Counted from the first letter of the whole stretch, positions 10,781 through 22,711 are shown. The stretch: DNA of 62,955 nucleotides, filler included, from Octopus bimaculoides (GCF_001194135.2; 4 parts of 4 records of this genome joined end to end with filler, not necessarily neighbours in it); one strand, 5' to 3'. The notes: generated from the sequence alone by a model not told the origin. Translations and numbers: made by a program.

Positions 10781-11039
10781 CTTTTTTGGTTGAAGGAATT
10801 TCTCCTAGTTTTCATTCCCTCGATGTCAGCGAGTGTGTATACTTTTTGAAGCAGTTTGACTTCAGAGTCACATTAAAGCGTGTGGCTTTTACACACAGTA
10901 ATAGCCCTTGATATTATAATGTATGATATATATATACATATATGTATATATATATATATATATATATGTTCTAATATTAGATATTAAGTCAAGTATTGGC
11001 CTTCACATTAGATGTGTTACAAATTAATTTCCTTCTAAA

Positions 11040-11900
11040 GTAAACATGTCTCACAACATATCTCACACACAAACGATTCTGAAAGGACGTAAACAACGTT
11101 TTGCAGAAAGTGTCTTAAAATTTCATGATACTAATGATGTACATCAGAGAAACTGGCTTGCTTACAGCCAAAAGAAAGAGTTGTACAGTTTACCATGGTA
11201 ACTTACATGACTCATCAATAATTCTTTAGTTTCAAAGTCTGCAAAAGCTACAAAGAATTTTATATTACCTTATGGAGAGAGCTTCAAATATGTTTTTTAT
11301 CCAGGAAGTTAGCTTTTTATAAGTAACAACAATCCAAACTAAAGCAGTAAAATGGCACAACGTCTTGAAGAATGTGTTGTTCTTTAATTAAGCTGGAGAC
11401 GTCACTTCAGAGTTCAGTTGATCATTACATCAAATTGGAAATTTAAACAATGGAAATTTCTTAGACCTAATCGATCTGCGGTCAAATTGGATCATATCCA
11501 TAAAAAAATGTACTCCACGTGATATTATTCTAGGAAAACGTTGAATGTCTTCAAGTTTTGTATCTCAAAATGTTTTAGCATTTGAAGTAACATATTTTTC
11601 TAGAAAGTACGTCATCAAAAGATTTTGCAGTTACTGTGGATGTAGCATCACCCAACGTAGGCAGGTACGTTGGGTGAACATTTCTGTTGAATAATTTTAA
11701 TCTAAATGACGTTAGATATGGGATGAATGACATATTTCTTAAACTTGCAGTTTACAGCTACATATATTGTAAATAAACTGCTCCCTGTTTCTCTGAGTAT
11801 CTGCAGAGGGCATACATATGACAATGCGAACATGGTAGAAAAGTGCAATAGCGAGATCCACGTGGTTATCTTACTCTCTGTTTTGGGAGAAAGGACAAGA
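11040..11900 (+). mobile_element. Decayed hAT transposase relic (ZMYM1-like/DUF4371 type)
   Basis: Fragments read RNWLAYSQKKELY, NNGNFLDLI, FAVTVD and CRGHTYDNANM (compare CRGQ.YD.A.NM of this hAT group). Multiple stops are present. Confidence 0.6.
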
Positions 11901-12019
11901 TTGCCTGACAACCTTGAAATATCACACACACAGTTGCATCTCATCTTACTAGTACCTTGTATAACAGGATCTTTTAGAGCTTTACTGCTAAGATTAAAAA
12001 TACAGTGAGTAAGACAGAG

Positions 12020-12898
12020 CTGTTTGAGGTCACCGCTCCTGTTCTTCGCCGTGCTGGACTGGGTCACCAGGACGGCCCACGCTACCTCCGGGAAAGATGT
12101 TCAGTGGACACTGATGAACAAGCTGGAGGACTTGGACTACGCAGATGATCTCGCGCTACTGTCACATCGCCTACAAGACATGCAAGATAAGGTAGACCAC
12201 CTGAGAGAAACTTCATGCTGAGTGGAAAAGACAAAAGTGCTGCGTATCAACAACAAGCAGGAAGAGCCAATCACAATCGAGGGGACACCAGTGGAGAACG
12301 TTAGCGAGTTTGTCTATCTTGGCAGCAAGATCAGCAAATCAGGTGGATCAGATGAGAACATCACTACAAGAAGCAAGAAGGCTTGGAAAGCCTTCGCTAT
12401 TCTTCGGCCGATATGGAAGTCCACTGCCATCTCAACTCGAACTAAACTCCGCTTATTTAGTTCAAACGTAAAATCTGTGCTTTTGTGCGGCTCTGAAACA
12501 CGGAGTGCCACCTGCAGCAACTACAAGAAGATCCAGACCTTCATCAACAAATTCTCCGGCAGATCCTCCATCAGAAGTGATTCGAGAGAGTGCCAAACAC
12601 CGACCTGTGGAAAAGGGCCAACCAGGAGCCCATACATGTTCAGATTAGATGAAGGAAATGGAGATGGATTGGGCATACACTGCGGAAAGAACCCTCAAAT
12701 GTGACACGACAAGCACTTAACTGGAACCCGTAGGGGAAAAGGAAGCGAGGACGCCCGAAGCAGACATGGAAGCGGAGCATTGTGGACGAGCTCAGGACCA
12801 CCGGCCTGACATGGGAAGCAACCAAGAAACACGCCAATGACTGCAAAAAGTGGAAAATAACTGTTGAGGCCCTATGTTCCATAAGGAGCAAAAAGAGA
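12020..12898 (+). mobile_element. 5'-truncated RTE-clade LINE (RT C-terminal half to 3' end), with stops and frameshifts
   Basis: SPLLF...LEDLDYADDLALLSH...EKTKV...FVYLGS...WKSTAISTRTKLRLFSSNVKSVLL.GSET, then RKWRWIGHTLRK and GKRKRGRPKQTW. These are standard RTE motifs. Confidence 0.92.
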
Positions 12899-12933
12899 GA
12901 ATATCTTAGTTAATTCTGAATTTTTGTGCGGGC

Positions 12934-12934
<1 letters not shown>

Positions 12935-13004
<70 letters not shown>
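12935..13004. repeat. (GT)n microsatellite
   Basis: Direct reading of the sequence. Confidence 0.95.
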
Positions 13005-13007
<3 letters not shown>

Positions 13008-14599
13008 GGTAGGCACCGCAGCTTTTGCTGAATTATATCTGAAATTTATTTTAACCAATTTTTGGATACTGAACCCTAAAGGTGACGTTGGTTTTGCCTT
13101 TCATATCAAATGTTTCATATGGAACTACACCGCTGTTAGAAACCCTTGATTGCAAAGTCATTAGCCATCAACCATTTTGGTGCCTTACAAGCGTGATCTA
13201 TATTTGTGGTACCAACTCCAAACATATCATCAGTTTTATGTGTGTTGAAGACTTAGAAATATAGCTCACAGATATTTATGCCGAAGTTTCTACACTTTCC
13301 CTGACATTAAGAACCCTATTGCATTTTATATATCATGTATTGAAAGATAAATTTATCCTTCAGTACATTTGAAATATTTCTTTTTATTTTCCAGCCTTAA
13401 ATGATTAATATAATTAATAAAAACATTAATAACAATATTAATGCTATTAATATGTAGTATGAATGTCAAGATTAATATACCAGTGTAAGTCAACTCAATA
13501 GAAGTACCCTGAAATTTAACAACTGTTATTGTAAGAACTTCACTTCGCTGGTTAAACAGCATAATGTGAGAAAACACACTGAAACCAAGGAAATAACCCT
13601 AAAAGTAATTTCATGGACCTTAGCAACTGCCCTCATAATGGCAACACTTTGATAAAAAAAGTTTAGTTGTAATTTATAAGAAGTATCTTCTTGTAGTAAT
13701 AGCGATGATATTGTTTTAAAGGCAACAAAATGTAGCCTAATAATAATAGCAAACACAATAGAACCATTACCACCATGAACAAGAATAGCATCAAAATACG
13801 AAAAAAACCGACAGTAGAAATATCAACAAGCTTAATTATATCAGCAAAAAACAACATCGTATTTTCAAATAGCCCAAATGGAAACTCTACCATCTCTTCC
13901 ATCACCAACATTATCACTACGACATTCACTGTGGCATTTAGAAACACCGTCATTACAAACGCAACTCGCAACACTATCAACAGCAAGAAACATAGCAAGA
14001 ATACGAAGGAATATAGTGAAGAATACAGCTGATAACTATTTCACCGCTAATACTCAATTATCTGAAGCAGTCAGATACAACAAGACCAGCTCCAGCAATT
14101 ATTTTAAAAAAGAATGCCAGATCCCACTTGCGCAACCTGTTCTTAAAATTGAAGGAAAATATTAGTGGAAAAATATAAGAACTTGAGAAGAGCGCAACAG
14201 TTTGTTCACTTTGAAAACAAGATTTGTCAGAACTAACAGACTTCCTATAAAAACAGCCTGGAAAGCAGTAATATAATTGTGTGCACCGGTTAAGAATCAA
14301 TGAGTTAAAATAGTCCTCCTTTGCCAACTAGAAAATTGTTATTGCCTTCGTCATTCAAAACAGACAAAATAACATGTTGAGGTTACGTTCCTTTTTGAAG
14401 CGCATAGACTTAATCTTTCTATTGTCCCTTTCTGGAGTGAGAATTTCGTCTACATTTTGACGTACCTGGTCAGGTTTATAGTGAAAATTAAAATTTGCTC
14501 TTCTGCGGAGAGGTCATGTTTCGCTGGTTAGACGCTACATTTGTTGTCAAGAAGTACTACATAGAGGACTTCGAACACCTGCTTACTATCAAAAGTTTT

Positions 14600-15330
14600 C
14601 TTGATGGTGAGTATGGATAATCGCTGTTTGCCAGATGCAATTTTACGCAGCTCGTCCTTTTGATAGGTCTGCAGCTCTAGATCAAGCGTATTCCGAAGCA
14701 GAGCATACGGCAACTAGAGTACATCAGAAGCTCACAATTCTACGCTAATTGGGTGATGCGATTAGTCCTCGGGAAGAAACTAGACGTAGATAAAAATCAA
14801 CCGCCTTGTCTTTTTCCTGAAGATTTCGGATATTTTCCAGAAATCCCTTGACTGGCAATGCTATGAGGGGTAATTGACGGTCCCATAGAAATTCTACAAG
14901 TTTCGTAGTACTATCAGCCGCGTCTAGAGCAACAGAGCTGTTCTGCTCGTGCTCTTACAGTGTTCAAGCATTTCTGACTTGTGCAGGCACTATACCTTTC
15001 AGCCAAACCCTCGTTGAACATTTCAAGTTCTGCTTGAAAAACAAACTGTGGGTAGTGAGTGAGGTACTAGCCTGCAGAAAATTTATGAAAAGGTAGGTGA
15101 ACGTAGCGAGAATGGCTCGAGGGAATGGGCCTATTTTAGCATGCTCCTGCAAGCTGAAAAGTACGCAGAAGGGAGGTATACCTGCCTTAGTATCCTGGTG
15201 AGATTCCTTGGTCGCCTATTGGGGAATGTTTTTGCTATAATTATTTTTTTAATTCTAATTGTTTTATTGTTTATACGTGTTCAAGTAAATCCCCGCTGTA
15301 CTTTGTCTTTTGAATTGTTCTGAATAATTT
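14600..15330 (+). mobile_element. Decayed L1-Tx1-like ORF2 3' end and 3'UTR
   Basis: FQKSLDWQCYEG and FKFCLKNKL...EVLACRKFMKR*VNVARMA match the C-terminus of ORF 20833-21423 (FKFHLKRKMRVEREVLSHSKYVERWVTVGRMA). Confidence 0.65.
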
Positions 15331-16815
15331 TCGGATCCTTGTATCAGAGAAGGAATGATTGTAGTTGTTAGTTAACACAACATCACCGTAGGAGAATGTA
15401 AGATGGTATTAGCTGTCTGCAATCAGTGGACTAATGAAACGCTTTTTACTTAGATTTTGACAACTCAACGGAAGATTTGTGCAGTTCCAAGCATCGCTGT
15501 TTTCTGTAGATGCTCTTTCTTCTTTACTTATCGTTTCAGTTCCCTTTGCGAGTTTGATACTGATATTACTTTAGGCTCCAACTAACAGGTACAGCATTCA
15601 CCATTCAAAATAACTACAGTTTTATTTTATTTACGACTACAAATCATCATATCTGACCTGCTTCAATTCTCTTTCATCACCAGAACATTCAATATCTATG
15701 ATTTAGCAGGTTTTTACTTTCTTATTCAGAGCTTTTATTTCCAGCTTTCAATGTCCAATTTCATGATTACATTGAATTATTACATCTTACAGTATCTTTA
15801 CCTTATCATTATTCCTTATAGAGTTTGCGCATACCATATCTTTTCTCTATTCAATCCATACTTGCTACTCAGTAACGCATTATAAATTTATTTGGCATTT
15901 CACTTATAAAGAGAACAATAGTGTCAAGGTTTTACAACCATCGGTACTTTATCGAGACATCATCCCCTAGGAAGCTCCCAACCAAGTTCAGAGAGATGTC
16001 TCTCCCATTGTGGTAGACATAACCACAAAAAGGTAGCCTCTAAAGTTTTATGTCTCGGGTATACATTTTTATTATTGTTATTGTCATAAGTCAGTAGTAC
16101 AGAGTACAAAATTATGATAACAAACAATCGCGTCATCAGTAGCAATACTAACAAGAAAATACTATTTGGGGACCCGTTGACTCTCCTGAGTTCATCCGCC
16201 CTTTGATAGATTTTGCTTTTCAGTTTGCAGTGTGTCCAAAAACAATAAAAGAACACCCGTCTCGTCGAGAATGATCTGTGTGGTTGCCGACATTTTTGGA
16301 TATGAACAGATATCTTCAATCCTACCGTACGATTTCTTGCCTCCTATCACGGGAATGGAGTTGCAACTGAACTATGCTGGGAGCGATGTGGTACAGGGAA
16401 AGTATTAAGATAGGAGTTGAGGAATTTTATATCGTTAGTACTGATAAAATGGAAGTGTTGGTTGGTAAATTAGATAGTCGTATCCGCTCTATGGAGAGGG
16501 GTGAACAATATTCTATGTGTAAAGAGAACGGAGAGCCTATCGTCTCCATGATCCACCATCGAGTGGCTACTTCATGAAATCATTTAGAGTAAATTGATAC
16601 TGAAGCAAGAGAGGGAAACAGGAAGAGTGATAGGACAAATTGACAAATGATGTGAGCCATCATACTCATTTCTTCAAACGAAAACTAAAATCATCTGTGT
16701 GTGTTTACTGAGGAGGAATAGAGTAAACAATAAAACAACACTGTAGGCTGGTATCGTCGAAGTCACGATCTAGCATTGAATAGTTACTCCAAGAAATTAA
16801 ATGTATTACTATTTA

Positions 16816-16925
16816 GATCGTTAGTGCGTCGGTGAAAATGCTTAGCGACATTTCCTACTCTCTACGTTGTGTATTCACATCCAGCTAAGGGCAGCTTTGC
16901 CTGTCATCATTTCGAGATGGATAAA
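16816..16925 (+). mobile_element. Degenerate family-B (CORE-like) SINE fragment
   Basis: CGTTAGTGCGTCGGTGAAAATGCTTAGCGACATTTC...CTTTGCCTGTCATCATTTCGAGATGGATAAA matches the family-B consensus. Confidence 0.65.
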
Positions 16926-16964
16926 AGAAAGCAGGAGCTGACTACTTCTTATCGGTGAGTACGT

Positions 16965-17790
16965 GTAATTGTTTGTCAGACACGCTTTTCCGCAGCTCAT
17001 CTCTTCGACTGAGCTGCATTCGGGGATCAAGCGCAAACCAAGGCTCAGCACCTAGCACCTGGAGTGCCGTCAGACACTTGCAGGCCTTTGTTAGTTGAGC
17101 AATGCATTCATTGAGAAGTTCTATTGTGGATTTCTATAAATGTGACTTACGGTGTCGAAAAGAATCAGCCGGCTGATCTCTTCCGAAGGACTTTTAGGTT
17201 ACTGCTTTAGATAATTCCCAGAAATTTCTGGCCATACTGCTTTAGATAATTCCCAGAAATCTCTAGCCAGAGGTAGAATTGCCGGCCCGAGATAAATTCT
17301 ACAAGCATGGAAGTGTCGTCAGCCCGACCTACCCGAGACGCACACAAAGCGACAAAATTTTTCTACACGAACTTACCCAGGTTCCGGGCATAGCTGACAT
17401 ACGGATTTATTTCGGACACCTGCTATCGCGTATAGGAAGGATTGAGCTGTCGTATAAGTCTTTTGTGAAGATCACCCTACCCCTTTTCCTTGCCCTGGAA
17501 GGACAGGTAGTGTTTATGTATCTGGTGGCTTTAGCGAAAGAGGTTGTGTGATAACCTAGATTGAAAGGACTGAAGACAGATTCCTTCCTCTTTGGCTAAA
17601 CCTTCATTAACTTTTTTAAGCTTCACTGGTAAAGGAAAGTAAGGGTAGAGAAGAGAGTGCTGCTTCCCATCAGATTTATTAAAAGGTGAGTGAATATGGC
17701 ACGACTGGTTTGAGTCAGCGGATCAGTTCTAAGCATGCGCCTGTAGGTTGACAGAAGTGAACGAGGAGAGGGCACTTACCCTAGTAATCA
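16965..17790 (+). mobile_element. L1-Tx1-like ORF2 3' fragment with internal 35-bp tandem duplication (17200-17234 / 17235-17269)
   Basis: ORF 17279-17551 (PARDKFYKHGS...LLSRIGRIELS...LVALAKEVV) aligns with ORF 20833-21423. Confidence 0.8.
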
Positions 17791-17976
17791 AAACCGTAGT
17801 TTTGTGGAATTTCCACGAGCAGTGCTTAGAAGTTTGGTGAATCTGGTGAATCTTCGTTTGCATTTTTGTTTTCATTGTTTTTGTATTCTTACTCTTTACA
17901 TGTCTTTATGTAACCCTACGTTATATTTCATCATACTATATCGTTCATCAATCTTCTTGTAGTTAATGAAGAAATC

Positions 17977-18064
17977 AGTCGTCGTCGTCGTAGTCGTCGT
18001 CGTCGTAGTCGTCGTCGTCGTAGTCGTCGTCGTCGTCGTCGTAGTCGTCGTCGTCGTCGTCGTC

Positions 18065-18124
<60 letters not shown>

Positions 18125-18150
18125 ATGGTAGCAGCAGCAACAGCAGCTGC

Positions 18151-18191
<41 letters not shown>

Positions 18192-18205
18192 CAGCAGCAA
18201 CAACA
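17977..18205. repeat. Compound (GTC)n/(GTA)n/(GCA)n trinucleotide microsatellite
   Basis: Direct reading. It is the source of the poly-V, poly-T and poly-R artefact ORFs. Confidence 0.95.
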
Positions 18206-19726
18206 CCAAATAGCAACAGCAGAAAACTAAATTACTCAAAGCGCTAAAGAGAGAAAAAGTACTTATAGCATAGAGCAGGTATCAGACAGTAGGGATCTAT
18301 TACCATAACGAAATGAAGGATACACAGATAACAGATTATTATAAAAGATAGAAGACTATTATAAAATTACAGCCTGCTGACATACCTCACATCGAACAAA
18401 TATAAATTAATGTATTTAGATGAAAGACATGATAAACTTACATATACGTGTTAGAATTTCTGGCAGGCTAACAGATATGTAAACCAAGATAGACGAACAG
18501 GAATAGACGAGAAATGAGAAAATGAGAAAAAAGGCTTGCTAGATCGTGAAAAATCGGTGAAGAGTCGTGAAAAAAATATCGTTAGAAATATGACGAGAAG
18601 AGCATTTCTCTAGAACATTTTCTACAAACAAAGTAATTTAGTATCTCCTCATATAGGTAAATATTGTCTAAAACATAGGATAGTGTGGTCACCGCACAAT
18701 ATCATACCTACCACCCAAGTATAATGCCGGTCGTGATGCAATGTAATTCCAAATAACATTTTATGCATGATTTCATAACTACAGAAATCTGTTTATTAGA
18801 ATCTTGCCCAAACGTGTTTGATCGAAATAAAACAGAAAAAGACATAGTTTTATATATCAGTAACCTACACAGCTTAAACGGTATCTATGATAATTCTATT
18901 TTAAGAAATCGTCAAATGCAACCTGGCTCTTCTTAATTACCTTTGGATAAACGTATTCTGCCATATCCGCCCGACACTGGTAGATTGTTTCGTATATTAG
19001 CACCTTACAATGTAAAAATCTATCTTAAGAAAGGTCCCGATAATTAGTACTTTATTGCTAGCAATATGACTCTAAAGGTTCAATGTTCGGTTGTGTTACA
19101 CTAGTATTCCACAAGAACAGTTAATGCATGTTCTTCCGATAAATTAATAAAATTCCATCCAATATTGAATTTAGAAAATTGATTTATATCGCTTACTGAG
19201 CTTACTAGAAGTAGTAGTTAAACTCCCCTAAATGACACTTTGTCATCTACATACATAAGGTACTATATATTTTATTATCTATTTAATTGTTTTTGAATAT
19301 TTCTTGAAAGGCAAATGCTTTGCATTACGCAAAGAATTTTCACCTAATCCATCATGCTGTTTAATGCTGAGTCGTAGTTAAAAATGCAAATATCTTCAAA
19401 ACTTTCAAGCATTCATCAACAGATGCCTCAAAACATTGCAAACATTAATTATCCAACATTTCTAAAAGACAAATACCTTTGATCCAAAGCTAATCTGGGA
19501 CCCTTCTGGAAAAAGAAATATCATGAGGTAAAAACGTAAGATGGGCAAGATATATTGGGATGATATAGAGGGTGTTTAATAAGGCCAGTCAAGAATTAGA
19601 ACCCGGAAAAGAAAACGAAGAACAGAATTATCATCCGTAGAGATCGCAAAAGAGGAATTCAAATGGTAATGATGAAATAGAACAAAGTGAAAAGATAAGC
19701 ACAAGATAGAACATGACAGAAGATAG

Positions 19727-20625
19727 TTGCAGGGAGCCTACACATTAGTGTGGAAGCTGTTAACAGGAACGCTTTCAGAAAGCATTTACGAGCACCTTGA
19801 CAACCAGAATTTACTATCAGAAGAACAGAAAGGTTGCAGGAAGAAGGCTAGAGAAACGCATTATCTATCATACATAGACAAAGCAATTTTAAATAAAGTT
19901 AAAGCTAGAAAGAAAAATCTAACAACAGCATGGATAGATTTTAAGAAAGCCTATGACAGCGTCCCACACTCATGGATAAGTGAATGTCTGAGAATATTCA
20001 GAATAGCAGACAACATAGGAGAATTAATTAGCTGTATCATGAAGAAATGGAAAGTAGATCTCTATTCAGATGACACATTCTTGTTAATATCCAAAGAGGA
20101 ATTTACCAGAGGGACACGTTGTCACCTTTAATATTTGTCTTATGTCTGATCCCCCTCAGTTTATTATTAATGACGGCAAAGGCAGGGTATTAGTTCAGAA
20201 ATAGTAATAGAAAAATTAACCATTTGCTCTTCATGGATGATCTGAAGCTTTTTAGTAATAATGAAAAAGAGACAGATTCCTCAATACAGACTGTAAGACT
20301 CTTGAACAAAGATATAGGCATGCAATTTGGCATAGATAAGTGCTCAATATTAGTCATGAGAAGGGGACAAGTAATCAACAACGAAGGCATCCAATTACTA
20401 GATGGCTATATATTAAAATCATTGAAAGGAGGAGAGTGTTATAAGTATCTAGGAGTATTAGAATTGACAAAGTATTGACTATAGAAATGAAAGTGAAAAT
20501 TGAGATGGCGTACATCAGAAGGGTGAGGAAGATAATGAAGTCAAAGCTAAATAGTCCGAATCTTGTGAAGACTGTAAATACTTGGAGAGTATCATTACTT
20601 ACTCTTGCAGAAAGACTGCCGTCCG
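19727..20625 (+). mobile_element. Dong/R4-clade LINE reverse transcriptase relic (frameshifted)
   Basis: EEQKGCRK...AWIDFKKAYDSVPHSWI, GIYQGDTLSPLIF, INHLLFMDDLKLF...DIGMQFGIDKC, YKYLGVLE and RRVRKIMKSKLNSPNLVKTVNTW. Confidence 0.9.
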
Positions 20626-20742
20626 GGCAGTTTTCTGCTAGCCCCTTGAAAATATTTTCACATTTGTTTCCCATTTCTAATAATTTTTATATTTTACGTC
20701 TAATTATTTCTTTGTATAATAGAGAACTGTTCCTTTTATTAT

Positions 20743-20845
20743 TTGTTACTTGGTATAATAAGAAAGGGATGTCAGAAACATCTAGATAATATCCCAGGAG
20801 AACCATGTCTCAGAGAAATCCAAAAGATTTTGCTAACAAGTACCA
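20743..20845 (+). mobile_element. C-terminal fragment of a Dong/R4-type LINE ORF, truncated against a Tx1 copy
   Basis: LGIIRKGCQKHLDNIPGEPCLREIQKILLTST. Confidence 0.65.
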
Positions 20846-21508
20846 CCCGCCATTCTTCCAACAGTCACCCATCTTTCAACGTATTTGCTATGAGACAGCA
20901 CTTCCCTCTCTACTCTCATCTTCCTTTTCAAGTGGAACTTGAAAAAGTTGATGAGGCCTTGGCCAAAGAGGAAAGTGTCTGTCTTTAGCCCTTTCAAACG
21001 GGTCCACCATATCACCTCTTTCGCTACAGCCAGTAGGCATAGGAAAATTGCCTTGCCCTCCTGGTTAAAGGAGGTCGGTGGGTCAATTCTCACGATGGAT
21101 TCAGCTGATAGCCGGATCTGTCCTACACGTGACAGTAGCTGTTCGATATAGACCCACAGGTCAGCAATGCTCGGGCACTGGACGAGTGCGTGCAGAACGG
21201 TTTCGTCGTCCTGAGCGCACCTCGGGCAGGCCCGGTTGACGGCACTTCCATGTCGGTAGAGTTTATCTCGAACAGGTAGCGCACCTCGGTAGCACTGCCA
21301 GCCGAGGGACCTTTGGAAATTATCCATGGGCCCCGGCCCGAAGGTTCTCCTGAACAGACTGCTTAGCTGATCATCCTCGACGCCTAGAGTTTCCCCGAGA
21401 ACGTCGTCGCACTTTTCTCCCACTAACCCTCTATAGAACGCTAGAGTGTAGCTACTACCGATCGCACTGCCCGCCTGACTGAGGGCGGTGAGAGCTTGGC
21501 GGCACTCG
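20846..21508 (-). mobile_element. L1-Tx1-like LINE ORF2 C-terminal fragment with zf-RVT-like CxxC...H...C motif; best-preserved copy
   Basis: ORF 20833-21423 contains CPRCAQDDETVLHALVQCP...AKEVIWWTR. The upstream frame ECRQALTALSQAG...FYRGLV extends to 21508. Confidence 0.85.
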
Positions 21509-21522
21509 AAATAATAATAATG

Positions 21523-21554
<32 letters not shown>
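21509..21554. repeat. (AAT)n microsatellite
   Basis: Direct reading of the sequence. Confidence 0.95.
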
Positions 21555-21565
21555 TGAATTCTTTT

Positions 21566-22116
21566 ATATGCAGTACCAGGCAGTCGCTCGCATGGTTTCT
21601 GATCTTAATTGATTGGAAGTGTTATCATGTACATTGTTTTGTCTTCGTATAAAAAGATGGGCTACAGCAAATATTCTGCTTAATACCACAGATTTGCTTC
21701 TCAGTTGTTTGACCTTAACCAGTTGAGCATGTCTCTTGGTGGCTGACGATATGTGCATCTCTGATCATGAGCAAGGGTAGTGGGGGAGCATCATAGCCAT
21801 ATGTTGAGAAGAATTCTTTGGGGTTTGAATAATTCACCTTTGGAAACATGGGTATTTTGCTCAACATCCTTAAACAAACCTTATTCAGGGACCTTTTGAG
21901 CAGGATGTGCTACTCGACCTGAAGAAAATTCTAACTGGGCCCCACCTGCGAGATCATGCGCTATTTTTCTTGATATGAGATCCCCATGTCGCGCACATAT
22001 GGTTGTGTTGCATGTGCCTGGTGTACCCTTATCAAACGGGTAGTCATGATGGGTATAATGGGCTTCGTATATTTTACCCCAGTGTCACTTTGATGGCATG
22101 CACTGCTCTCTCACCC

Positions 22117-22164
<48 letters not shown>
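21566..22164 (+). mobile_element. ~550-bp ORF-less retroposon-like element ending GCACTGCTCTCTCACCC followed by an (AAT)n tail (22117-22164)
   Basis: A second, 5'-truncated copy lies at 27389-27678 (-) with the same terminus and an (AAT)n tail. Confidence 0.8.
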
Positions 22165-22165
<1 letters not shown>

Positions 22166-22219
22166 TGCTACACCGGGCTCCCGATGTGCTACACCGGGCT
22201 CCCGATGTGCTACACCGGG
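22163..22219. repeat. 21-bp GC-rich tandem repeat ATGTGCTACACCGGGCTCCCG x2.7
   Basis: Units at 22163-22183, 22184-22204 and 22205-22219 (partial). Confidence 0.9.
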
Positions 22220-22574
22220 ACCCTATACAAAAACAAATCTAATCCAATAATATCGATGGAATTAGGCAAAAGAACCGGTGGAAGATTTGAAGGAAGCGGT
22301 CTTTTAACGAAGATAATTTTTTTTTAATATTTTTTATTTAAAAAAAAAATGAAATTTTACTGCCATACAAAGCACAGGTCCTCCTATGCACGATGTCTCA
22401 GTGAAACACGTGCGATCAAACACGCAAAACCAACACCGGAAAGTTTACAAACTATATAAAAAAGAAATGGAACAAAATAGTAAGTACATATATTGAATAA
22501 TTATGCATACACTCGAACGTGTACACAATGATATATACGTTTTGATACCCATAGAACTACACATGCATCTTAAT

Positions 22575-22674
22575 NNNNNNNNNNNNNNNNNNNNNNNNNN
22601 NNNNNNNNNNNNNNNNNNTTAATTAATTAANNNNNNNNNNNNNNNNNNNNNNNNNNNNNNNNNNNNNNNNNNNN
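22575..22674. other. Synthetic scaffold linker N44-TTAATTAATTAA-N44
   Basis: The 12-mer is at 22619-22630. Confidence 0.9.

Positions 22675-22711
<37 letters not shown>

Larger units (their letters stand above)
10244..10910. repeat. Divergent inverted repeat pair (arms ~10244-10406 and ~10717-10910, ~310-bp spacer); Penelope-type pLTR pair or MITE
   Basis: The left arm CAAGGGCTATTACTGTG...GGAGAAATTCCTT...GGTCACCATGTACTACCATG is the reverse complement of the right arm CATGGTAATACATGGTGACC...AAGGAATTTCTCC...CACAGTAATAGCCCTTG. The left arm lacks ~26 bp. Confidence 0.9.

Noticed and set aside
13660-14060. Thr/Asn/Ser-rich ORFs (also 46951-47241 and 33289-33540) resembling mucin-like exons
   Set aside because: These are decayed (AAC)/(ACC)/(GCA) simple repeats open in several frames and on both strands.
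15960-16560. Possible Penelope RT/linker relic on the minus strand
   Set aside because: Only vague motif resemblance by eye; it would need a profile search.
22163-22219. CRISPR-like short direct repeats (also 1-50 and 7327-7374)
   Set aside because: The units are contiguous with no unique spacers, the context is eukaryotic and there are no cas genes.
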